Source of the DNA: a bacterium
Lineage (GTDB): Bacteria; SAR324; NAC60-12
Direction of reading: 5' to 3'
Length of the DNA: 24,182 nt
Assembly (NCBI GenBank): GCA_965233585.1
Contig: CBDDTI010000552.1
Span: 1 to 24,182, forward strand
The position numbers were made by a program, and so were the translations under genes. The first letter of the stretch is position 1; each line of letters opens with the position of its first letter. The notes under the pieces are model-generated. The model did not search any database. It had not been told where the DNA came from and was given only the letters and a program-made list of their open reading frames with translations. This document shows, piece after piece, positions 10,349-20,120 of this stretch.

Positions 10349-11395
10349 ACATTGACAAATGTGATTGTCAAGACTTCATGAACAACATTCAACAAATCAG
10401 TCGCTGATCGACCATGTGAACCAATGCCGTGCAACGCTAGCAGGCTCCCGCTGGATTGTAGTCCCGCCGCCGGTGTGGTCACGAAATGCCGCGAATAGTT
10501 GCTGCAAGTCCATCACCAAAATTCAGCGAAATTCATCGAGCTTGAGCCTGGGCCTTGCAAAAACCGTCAGGTAGCATACAAGGCATACAGCCACGCCAAA
10601 CAAAGGTAAGAACAACATCCAACTCGTCGCGTCAACCCAGGCCAACGCATCGAACATCCTCAAGTATACTGCATACTTGAGGCCAAGGGGGAGGTACGAA
10701 AACTAACAAAACGCAACTAATGTTGTACCGGGGACTGTTCAGCTGCAAGAGTAAATTGATGACGATGATAATGGGCACGATTGATGACGGTAACGCTGCT
10801 GATGATGTTTTTTCAAAGGACTTTAATTATACAAAAGGGACCCTTGTAAATGTCACCACTAACGCTGTGCGCGGCAACTTTCCTCATTTGAACCGTTACC
10901 AAAACCCCGATGATTTCTGTTCTATACGTTTTCTCTTTCGCAGTTTCTTTTGCGAACCTTTCGCGGTGTGGGTTTTTTCTTCCGCGCCGTCCATGTGTCT
11001 GACAGGAATCGCGTGTGTTCCTTAGCGAACACACACACTAATAGTAAAACATCTGATTCGGCATGTTTTTCAATGGGCATTGTTTTGCGGGCTAGTTCGA
11101 GCTGATCAAAACTCGCTCGAAAGATCCGCTTATCGACCTTTCCCTTAATTACCCTTTTCTTCTCGGGGCATCCCAGCTAATCGGTAGAAAACATGTTTGA
11201 GCCAAGAAAATCTCTTTCGCGAGCTTTCGCGGAAGCAAATCTTAGCAAAAGTTTTCTCGAATCTTTCGCAAACGTGATGTTAATTTTCGCGGAGAAATCC
11301 TATTTTAACCACGTTTCCAATCACCACTTGGGTTTTGGATGGTTTTGGCAGCTGCTCGTTTGACTTCTGCACATGAACTTAGTTCAGACCGGATA

Positions 11396-11607
11396 GCCAC
11401 TTGCAGCCACTTGCAACCACTCGCCGCCACTTGCCCAAGCAGCCACTTGCAACTACAAGAAGCCACTTGCAACCACCTGCCGCCACTCGCCCAAGCAGCC
11501 ACTTGCAGCCACTTGCAGCCACTTGCCGCCACTTGCAGCCACTTGCCCCGCAGCCACAAGCAGCCACTCGCCCCGCAGCCGCAAGCAGCCACAAGCAGCC
11601 ACTTGCG
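11396..11607 (+). repeat. (GCCACTTGCA)n-type degenerate minisatellite
   Basis: Directly visible; the reverse-complement array is at 15895-16076. Confidence 0.92.
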
Positions 11608-13370
11608 CCCAAGATGATTGAATGTTAGGGACAAAGTCTTACTCCATAGAAACCAATATCATACAAGCATACAAGATGCTTGGGGGTTCATGACAAAATC
11701 TTGTTGGGAAACATCAGGTCTTCCAAGAGTTTGCAAATATTATTGTTTTTGTTTTCGTTCTTGTTGTTGTTTTTCCTTGCACTCCTTTTTCCGCGCGACT
11801 TGGGGGTGACACGAAGCCGGTTAATCGTTGTTTTTGTTGTTTGATTCTTTTGTTTTGTTTTTGTTTTTGTTGTTGTTTTTGTTGTTGTTGTTGAATTTGC
11901 TGTTGTTGTTGCTGCCGTTGTTGTTCTTTATGTTTTGGTTTTTGTTCTTGATCTTGTGATTGTGGTTCTTGCTCTTGTTCTGGCTCTTGTTTGTCAAAAA
12001 CACTTACAGCGTATCATCCAACATGTTTGAAGGTTAGGGACAAAACAAACAGAACCTTAGAGCGTAGCATCCGACATGTTTGAGAGTTAAGGAAAAGGCC
12101 TTACTCCGTAGCAGCAAAGATTTGCAAGTGAAGGACAAAATTTTACACGGTAGCATCCCAGATGATTGCAAGATCAGGCTGCGACTTGACAGCGTAGCAT
12201 CAAGGATGATCGAAAGTTAAGGACAAGATCTGACCCTGTCGCGTCCAACATGTTTGAAAAAAAACACAAGATCTTACACCGAAGCACCAATGATGTTGGC
12301 AATTTAAAGACAAGATTCTCCATGTTTGCACCCAGGATGTTTGAAGGTTAACGACAACAGCCCACAGCGTACCATCCAACACCCCTTTACAGCGTATCAT
12401 CCAACATTTTTGCAAGGTAAGGACAAGTCTTACACGGTAGCATTCAAGAGGATTGCAACGATCTTACACCATAGCAGCAAACGTGATTGAAAATTAAAGG
12501 TAAGGTCTTACAGCGATGAACCCAAAATGTTTGTAATTCAAGCAAAAAAAGTCTTAAAACATATCTTCTAGAACATATCATCCAAGATGTTCAAAGTTAC
12601 TGTAAGGACAAGCGCTTCGAACGTGCTTCCAAGATGATTGAATGTCCAGGGCACGATCATACACTGTAGCACTCAAGATGATTGAATGTTGAGGATAAAG
12701 TCTTACTCCATAGCAACCAAAATCATACAAGATGCTTGAATATTCACGACAAGATTTTCTTGGGTAGCATCCGGATCTTCCAAAAATTTGATCTGATTAT
12801 TTTTGTTATCGTTTTCGTTCCTGTTTTGTTCTTGTTTTTGTTATTGTTATTGTTGTTTTGTTCTTGTTTTTTTTTTCGTTCTTGTTTTTGGTATTTTGGT
12901 TGTTGTTGTTGTTGCTTGTTGCTGTTGCTGTTGTTGTTGTTTTTGAGATTATTGCTCTTGATTTTGTTCTTGTGGTTGTGGTTTTTGCTTTTGTTCCGGT
13001 TCTGGCTCGTTAAGGACAAGAACGTGCAGCGTATCATCCAACACGTTGGGAACAACAGAAACACAATTTTTTACGGCGTAACATCAAGGATGATCGAATG
13101 TTAAAGAAAAAATGTTGTTGGTGTTGCGGTTTTTGTTTTTAATTTTGTTTTTGTTGTTGTGTTTTTTTTGTTATTTTTTTTTATTTTTTGTTTTTGTTGT
13201 GGTTCTTATTTTTGTTTTTGATCTTGTTCTCCTTGTTCTCATTGTTTTCCTTGTTCTATTTTTTTTGTTTTGTTTTTGTTCTTGTTCTTGTTTTTTTGTT
13301 GAGTTTTGTTTTTTGTTTTGTTTCTTCTTTTTTGTTTTTATTTTTGTTTTTCTTGTTGGTTGTTCCTCTT
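11608..13370 (+). repeat. Degenerate ~44-bp repeat array (ccaagatgattgaatgttaaggacaagatcttacac.gtagcat) interleaved with (GTT/TTTTG)n low-complexity tracts
   Basis: Units at ~11609, 12017, 12071, 12157, 12201, 12629, 12674, 13084; T/G-rich tracts at 11740-12000, 12800-13010 and 13113-13365. Confidence 0.85.
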
Positions 13371-13546
13371 GGACCTCCCATTGATACACAAAAATGTGTA
13401 CAATTTTTCTGCCCGATTTCAAAAAATGTGCCTGCCTGTTTAGGGGTCTGAAAAAAAAAAAAAAGGTGTCCGGACCTCCGTGGCCCCCCATCGTAATCAA
13501 CCTGATTTTTTCCTCCATAGACTCGATAGGACACTTTTGTCACGCG

Positions 13547-13840
13547 CTAATGCATGCGCAGCATGCCAAATACGACCTCGAACGGCCACGCTTGACAACA
13601 TGAGTTGCATCGCAGCACATGTAAACAACCGAGTTTTGGAAAGAGAAGATTAAAAGTATCGACCTCAACATCACGTAAGTTTTTCATAGGCCAATATACC
13701 TCCAGTAAACAACCTTCCGCTATAGCGCAATTTTCACAACACCACATCAGCAGTGGGGCATTTTTTTCACACGAAGAATCCTCATGCAGAGCGCTCAACA
13801 TTCAACACAAAAACACCGCAGGCACAACGAACAAATCCAT
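13547..13840 (-). pseudogene. Small Cys-rich ORF broken by one in-frame TGA (13802-13804)
   Basis: MDLFVVPAVFLC*MLSALHED...CENC...NLRDVEVDTFNLLFPKLGCLHVLRCNSCCQAWPFEVVFGML. Shares DV.V...LH...W.F.V...M with the 14671-15219 ORF. Confidence 0.35.
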
Positions 13841-14670
13841 AACATATTCAATATGAACATTGGACGCGACAAATCTAAAAACATGCGCGCCGTGTCCAAA
13901 TAAAACGGGAATGAAGCCAATGCATGAACCAAAAGGTGCGATGGAAAAACTGGCTAGGCTCAGACTGAAACAGCATGCCCCCCACAAACTCAAGACCACA
14001 TGGCGGCGCTTTCTCTTCGGACCATGCCTTCTGTTCGGACCATACGAAAAAAGTCTTCAAAACCACGCAACACAGAATGACGGTCAAAGCAAGAGGGTCA
14101 GGTGGTACACGTTTTTTTCCGCGCCCGTTTCGCCTTTTTTTGCGCCTGTCTCGCGCGTTTTCGCGCCTGTTTCGCGCAAGGCCCTTGGATAATATCACGC
14201 GCAAAATGTCAACATAATGCATGTCAAAGCCGACCTAATTCAAAGCGCAATTTTTCATCAAGCATCCGTCAACTTGACTGTGTTTCCCTGAGTTCGCGGT
14301 CAAACCTTGTCATGCACAACCATGCCACAGGCCGGCTAATTTTGCAATGAGGTGTTTCCACACATGATCCCATGCATTTTTTTTTCCCCGCGCACCTTTT
14401 TCACGCATGGTTCAGAGTCCCCCAAAACACTTTAGTGGTTGGCAGACTGTTTTTATACTGGCCAGTCTCCAGAGATGCTCAATCCAATTATGGGGAATTG
14501 GGGGGAAGACGGCTGGGCCCGGCGAAGTCCAAAGGGCCGTGGCCAAGCAGGTTGCTGATGGATGGGAAATTGCTGGCAATGTCGGTGTGTGATGTGGAAT
14601 CCAAGCCTTGCAGGGATGCTGCGTAGGCTGAAGAGGGTGTGCGTCAAGCACTTTTGCGTTGTGCCATGAG

Positions 14671-15219
14671 TTACCCATGGGGCAGGGCTTCAAACATTTC
14701 ACAGCGAACGGTAAAATCCCATTTCCATCCTGGAGGAGGAATCAAATGCAACCATCTGAAAGATAAATTTTGCATCCAGTCATGCATGGCAACAAGAACA
14801 TCTTCAACATTGTGGGCAGCAGCCTTGCCCCTTGATATGGGATATAGGTATTTGGCACAGATTAATATCTGCATGTCGGTCACATCATGTGTGCCCATGT
14901 CATCTTTCAACAAACACATCGTGAAAGTAACTAGCCAACTACCAACAGGGCTGATTTGGACGTATATGTTTGCGCACAAGTTGGGAAGGGGCTGGCAAAA
15001 CTGAAGCCGGCACAAAATGTAGCCACCATTAGCCACTTGGACAAATATGACCACATAGCATCCCCGTTGCCATTCCCTGGGTGGGGTCGCTGTGGGCCAT
15101 TTTGTAGAGGACTCAATAAACTCCATAAACCCTAGCTTTACAAAATGGTAGTGCCTGTCACCTGTTTTGATCCAGAAATATTTTTTGACAATGATGTATA
15201 TTTTGTTAAAAATGATCAA
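14671..15219 (-). CDS. Intronless hypothetical ORF, 182 codons (first in-frame Met gives ~162 aa)
   Basis: Longest non-repetitive ORF in the track. The C-terminal NLSFRWLHLIPP...VR...EALPHG echoes SLNFGGLRLLDP...VR and VRF...QAIIFPHG of the family. No known domain recognised. Confidence 0.4.
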   Translation of the reverse strand: MIIFNKIYIIVKKYFWIKTGDRHYHFVKLGFMEFIESSTKWPTATPPREWQRGCYVVIFVQVANGGYILCRLQFCQPLPNLCANIYVQISPVGSWLVTFTMCLLKDDMGTHDVTDMQILICAKYLYPISRGKAAAHNVEDVLVAMHDWMQNLSFRWLHLIPPPGWKWDFTVRCEMFEALPHG

Positions 15220-15894
15220 TCAAGTGCACTCATGATCTTATCAAAAAAAATAAAAAATACCAAAACAATTTTGTAGAGCATCTAATTTGGCAAGAACTCA
15301 GCGTCAACTGCCTTTTTCCCAACGCCATTTTGTAGTTTTCACAATTTAATCCATGTCATCAGGAGTGCATGTAGCGTCACAGCTAACGACGTGTGTGCGA
15401 TGAGGCACCAAGCACGCGAGGGCCAACGTGGGGGAATATTGGGTACGCGGGGAATTTAAATGTCCTACAGTGTTTCCGAACCAATCACTGCAAACACAAA
15501 TATAAACTTACAAAGTGGTACATGTATTTAAACGATGGGTTTTGTACAGAATGGCTAACTGTTTTTTTTTTATCAATGACTAAATCACTTTTTTTTAAAA
15601 CCACCAAATCATACCCCTAAAGACTTGTACAAAATGGCTTTTGGGTTGTTACAAAATTGTTTGTCTTGGTGCTTATAAATGATCATGCCCTCAACACAAA
15701 AATGATCAAACAAACTAAAACCCACAAATTACTACAAAATGGCAAGCTCGACTCATTTTAAGGAACATTTTCTACAGAATGGTAGCGTTATAGGCACCCC
15801 AACCCCTCCCATTCTGTGGAGGAAATGGCGCGGAGGATCACATAGTTACCTTTTAAAAAATATGCTCGAAAATGACGTTGTTTTCAAAATCTGC

Positions 15895-16076
15895 CACCAC
15901 TTGCCAGTGGCAGCAAGTGGCTGCTTCTGGCTGCCAGTGGCTGCAAGTGGCTGCTCAGGCAAGTGGCAGCGTGTAGCTGCAAGTGGTTGCTTGTAGCTGC
16001 AAGTGGCCGCTTGTAGCTGCAAGTGGCCGCTTGTAGCTGCAAGTGGCTGCTTGTAGCTGCAAGTGGCTGCAAGTGG
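15895..16076 (-). repeat. (TGCAAGTGGC)n minisatellite, inverted relative to 11396-11607
   Basis: Directly visible; begins with an 8-bp-stem hairpin ccacttgc...gcaagtgg. Confidence 0.92.
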
Positions 16077-16146
16077 GTACGCGGTTGCTTGTCCGGGCAA
16101 CTGTTTTACCTTGCAAAATCAACTTCAAACAATGATCCATACCTAT

Positions 16147-18366
16147 TTAACCGTCTTCAACTATAATCGCTTGTGAAAACCAATGCTGGACCATCCAAAA
16201 CCGCTCAACTTTATATCGTTGTGACAAAAAAAAACCTGGATAGTTCCGAATAGTTCGGGATTTCCGCGTATGAAATGTTTCGGCCGTGCTGATCCACCCA
16301 GCTTTGGTGTTCTCTAAAGGTGTCGAACTGTCGAGGATTATTTCAAAACTGTTGTGTTGTATCATTTCGTGGGTTATCTTTTATGCATTGTTTTACTGAC
16401 CGGTTGGCTGAAAAACTCGCTGATTTTGTTGTGGGCAGCTTGAAAGGCAGATGCCAGTGCCAAACATGATATATGGACACATAGCCGTATCACACAAATT
16501 ATCCCATAATTCCGCTAAACATTACAACATACAACAACGATCAGGTATGACAGTGTTTTGACATTGATCATACACTTGCAACTTATGCGAGAACCGCATC
16601 ATGTTGCATGATGTTTTTGGTTTTTGCGTGACATGTGCAACATTTCAAAAATATTATTGATTGTAATTTAACATGGCGAGTGTTTTTTGTATAAACCAAC
16701 GACAAACAATTATGATTACAATAACTGTGGCTATTAGGCATTTGTGCCCTTGGTTGACTGTTTTCACCAAACAGCCCTCTTACTGCACCTTTTGTCTTCA
16801 TAGTTTCCTATTTGGTTCACAAGATTGCTAACAATAACAATGTTGAAAAAACATAATGCTGTGACAAGCGACAACATTTTTTTAAAACTAAAAATGATAT
16901 AGTTCCGAATATGTTGCCTGAAGAAAAATGGTTCTGTGCATGTTTTAACGAGTTCCAGTCACCCCAAAATTTGTTTCGTTCCACCTAGCGCTAGCCTTAA
17001 GGAAAAAGGCGAAACAGCCTCCCATTGATTTGAATTGATTCCCAACTGAATTTGGTTTGATTTTATATTGTTTTATTTCGTCTGATGAACTTTTTAAAAC
17101 CCGATTTGCGTTTGAAGTCGGCGAAATTTATGTTTTTTTTGGAGGATTGAATTTGACATGCACCCATGGGGGAAAATGATAGCCTGATAGCTATACAATC
17201 GACGTCGATCAAACCTTACCTGTTTCCAGCTGACACGTCTTAACGTCTTGTCGACAAAAATATAACACCAGAATCCTAAACTACCAGACGTCGAGTTTTG
17301 ATAGGTTAGTTTGGCCAAGGATGTTTGGCAATTCCTGGTTTTTTAATTCTTTTTTTAACTCCGGGTTGAAATATCCGGGGAGACCTTGTGCCCCTCATTT
17401 TAATGCAGACCTCGGGCCTTACCCTGGTTTGCCACAAAATGATACAAAATGAAAATGCACAATCACAAAAAAAACAAACTACAAAATGAAAAACCGGGTC
17501 CAAGTGCATCAGCATAAATTTGCTACAAAATGCTATGCCCAAGGGTTAGTTTTAAATTTCAGACTTCAACATGTTATCGCCACTTAGCGCTTGCTTTGTT
17601 GCAGGTCGTTTTGGAACTATTGACATCCTTCTACCCATCCAGTGGAGGGATTTCATTTTGTAATTACGTGAGGGTGAAAGAAAGCAAACAAGTGAGGGCC
17701 GCTCGTGCATTTTTCCCCATTGTCAATTCGTAGCTATGACTATGACTACTCCGAAATGAAAACCCAAGGTGCTTCAACATAAGCTTGCCACAAAATTAAC
17801 ATGAAATGCCCGACGTCACAATTCCAAAAAAAAATGCATGCGTTTTTTTGATCCCTTTCTATGTGTTCAATTTCTCCATCCATGGCCACTCCTGTAACCC
17901 TATCCATTTTCAAAGTTGCACACATGGGTCATGTTTCAGTGGATTTTCGTTGTGGTCTAACTCTTTTCTGTCCGATTTCATTGTAGTCTGGGTGGAAAGC
18001 CCGGAAACGACTTTTCACACATATATATTGAAAACTCTTTATTATCATCAAACCATTTACCACTTTATAAAGATCAAAAACTTCACGCACAAACACAAAA
18101 AAAAACAGGTAAACAACCGCAACCGAAGCGTCCAAACACTTATTAATTCAACAAGTGCCTTTTTTTAAGTTCATATCAGTGGAACACAAATAAACGCAAC
18201 CTTGGGACGCCCATGAATGTCCAAAATCAACTTGCCAACATGTTTTTAAAACATCGGGGTGCCAATTCATTATGTGAAGTTGTGCAGGAGTTTTAGAGCG
18301 GTCTAACTTTTGTGCATAGGCCTCAGGCTTTAAAATGCACAAAAACAATGAAAACTGGCTCTGCAA
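16147..18366 (-). pseudogene. Tandem array of ~6-7 decayed paralogous small ORFs (units ~250-450 bp)
   Basis: RVFQP (16419) / RIFQP (17377). WVDQHGRNISYAEI (16300) / FVDKTLRRVSWKQV (17258) / FIQKTLAMLNYNQ (16695). YSEL at ~16250 and ~16910. FFHPHV (~17665) / AFHPDY (~17995) / NWHPDV (~18265). Frameshifts and stops are present. Confidence 0.55.
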
Positions 18367-18581
18367 TAAAATGCCTTGCCACCAAATTCATGCTTGAATG
18401 TGCATCCAACATCATCCAATTTCATCCAATTTTGAAGACCCTCAGAAACGCATCTTTAAAAAGAGGTCAGGAAATCCATTTTAGATAGGGGTATTTTAAA
18501 GTGAAGGTGCCCAAATATTTAGTGAATTTTTTTAAAATAGCATTCTATAGCAACAAAATACGGTGGCATTCTTTCGTGGCA

Positions 18582-18856
18582 ATTCCTTAAAATTCCTTAA
18601 AAAACCTTAAATGTCCTTTAAAAATTAAAAACATTAAAGATCCTTAAAAATCTTCCGAATTCCTTCAAATTCCGCTAAATTCCTTTAAATTCCTTAAAAA
18701 TCCTCTAAGGTTCCTTAAAATTCCTTAAAACTCTCTAAATTCCTTAAATTTCCTTATAATTTCTTTAACATTCCTTAATATTCCTTATAATTCCTTTAAA
18801 ATTCCTTAGTATTCCTTAAAATTCCTTAGAATTCCTTCAAATTCCTTAAAATTCGC
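18582..18856 (+). repeat. 10-bp-period minisatellite (AATTCCTTAA)n, roughly 27 degenerate units
   Basis: Directly visible. Confidence 0.95.
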
Positions 18857-19165
18857 TGATCTAAAATGACATGCCAATAACATCGATATAAAAAGATCCT
18901 GGAAAAACACTGGTTCCATTCTGCAATAAAATGCTCCAAGCAAACATTTTTTGCAATAAAATGAGAATGGAAATTTAACATGTTAAAAATCATCAGGATT
19001 TACCTTTACAATAAAATGCTTAGCCCAACCCCCCAACAATAAAATGACTAGCCTGACATCAATTTTAAAATTCCAATACATTAACAATTTCGTTTAAACT
19101 ATGCACAGGTTCACCGGTTCTAGAGTGGAAATTGCCACGGGGATTTTAAAACCATGATTGTCACA

Positions 19166-20120
19166 GAAACTCCGCAGTTTCAAGTTCAATTGTCAATTGA
19201 TTTGGAAACTAAATTTGCCTCACATTGTTCGTCTTTAAAGTCTATCCATCAAAGTGTCTTTTCAAACCTCTACCGGGGCTAGCCTGTAGAGGGGGCCCAA
19301 TAGGCTCTACAATATGTTCGTGCGCGCCTGTGTTGCTACAAAATTCAATGTTCATGCATAACAAGGGTTATCCGGGAAAATCGTTGCTTCAAGGAGGGTT
19401 CCGAGAACCACCCCCCTGCAAAATGCCAATCACACATCTGTGCTAAAGGAAATCTGACCAGAGATTCCTTGAACTTCGGTGGACTTCGACTATTGGACCC
19501 CAAAAACGGGAATATGTTAGAATCGGATACACTTGGATCGGAACCGACCAAGAAAAAGTGAAACAAAAACATTGCAAAAAAAAATGTTACCACGATTGAC
19601 AGAGCTATGGGGCAACAAAACGGATCTGAAGTGCGCAGCGTAAAACTCAATGGATTCATTTACAAAACAAAATTCTGTCTCACATCGCTCCTTTGTAAAG
19701 TCTCTCCGTCAAAGTATTTTTTCAAACCTCTATTGGGGCTGGTCTGGAGGAGGCCCAATAGGTTCTGCAAAATGTTCGCGCCTGTGTTGCTACAAAACGC
19801 AACGCGACATGCATGACAAAAGCTATCCGGGAAAATAGTTGCTTCAAGGAGGGTTCCAAAGAAACCACCACCAACAAAATGCCAATCACACATCTGTGTT
19901 TTTTTGAAAGGAACTCTGAACAGGGATTCTTTGAACTTGGGCGGAATTGGTTACCGGACAGAAAAAACAGGAATTAGAATTGGATACACTTGGATCGGAA
20001 CCAAGAAAAAGTGAAACAAAAACATGGCCAAAAAAATTGTTACCACGATTGACAGAGCTTTGGGGCAACAAAACGGATCTGAAGTTTACAATTTAAAACT
20101 CGGTTGATTGACTTTGAAAC
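19166..20120 (+). repeat. Diverged direct repeat, ~455-bp unit x2, each carrying a decayed family ORF (19358-19599; 19813-20050)
   Basis: Colinear blocks such as ctgtgttgctacaaaa, gttgcttcaaggagggttcc, caaaatgccaatcacacatctgtg, ggatacacttggatcggaacc and ggggcaacaaaacggatctgaagt occur in both units. Confidence 0.9.

Larger units (their letters stand above)
927..10525 (+). repeat. Near-identical head-to-tail duplication of ~4.8 kb (927-5714 and 5714-10525)
   Basis: Junction ...caccaaaattc-a-acactaaatg at 5714 with 1-nt microhomology. Differences seen: substitutions at 1062/5849, 1789/6576 and 5428/10239, plus microsatellite/homopolymer length changes (offset 4787 rising to 4811). Confidence 0.97.

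Noticed and set aside
5714..10525. Helitron read-through exon capture as the cause of the duplication
   Set aside because: Copy 2 lacks the 5' TC end and stops at ...aaattca with no hairpin/CTRR terminus.
11036..11050. CACTAATAGTAAAA resembling a CACTA terminal repeat
   Set aside because: No matching inverted TTTTACTATTAGTG end was found in the window.
11740..13543. Leu/Phe-rich and Lys/Asn-rich ORFs
   Set aside because: They are low-complexity microsatellite translations.
14520..14612. EVQRAVAKQVADGWEIAGNVGV*CGIQAL, faintly like DUF1737
   Set aside because: Short, interrupted by a stop, and an overlapping frame fits the local ORF family equally well; needs an HMM search.
15090..15785. GCCATTTTG as a relic of the dinoflagellate spliced leader
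   Set aside because: It continues as TA rather than GCTCAAG; no full leader relic was seen.
16147..16215. KVERF...QAIIVEDG matching KQVRF...QAIIFPHG of the 17.1-kb ORF
   Set aside because: It conflicts with the better-supported colinear alignment in another frame (WVD...YSEL); possibly chance, and a caution about by-eye matches.
19418..19540. AKCQSHIC...DSLNFG resembling a PARP-type zinc finger
   Set aside because: The C-terminal W-x-H-x-x-C ligands are missing and the Cys pair is not conserved in other units.
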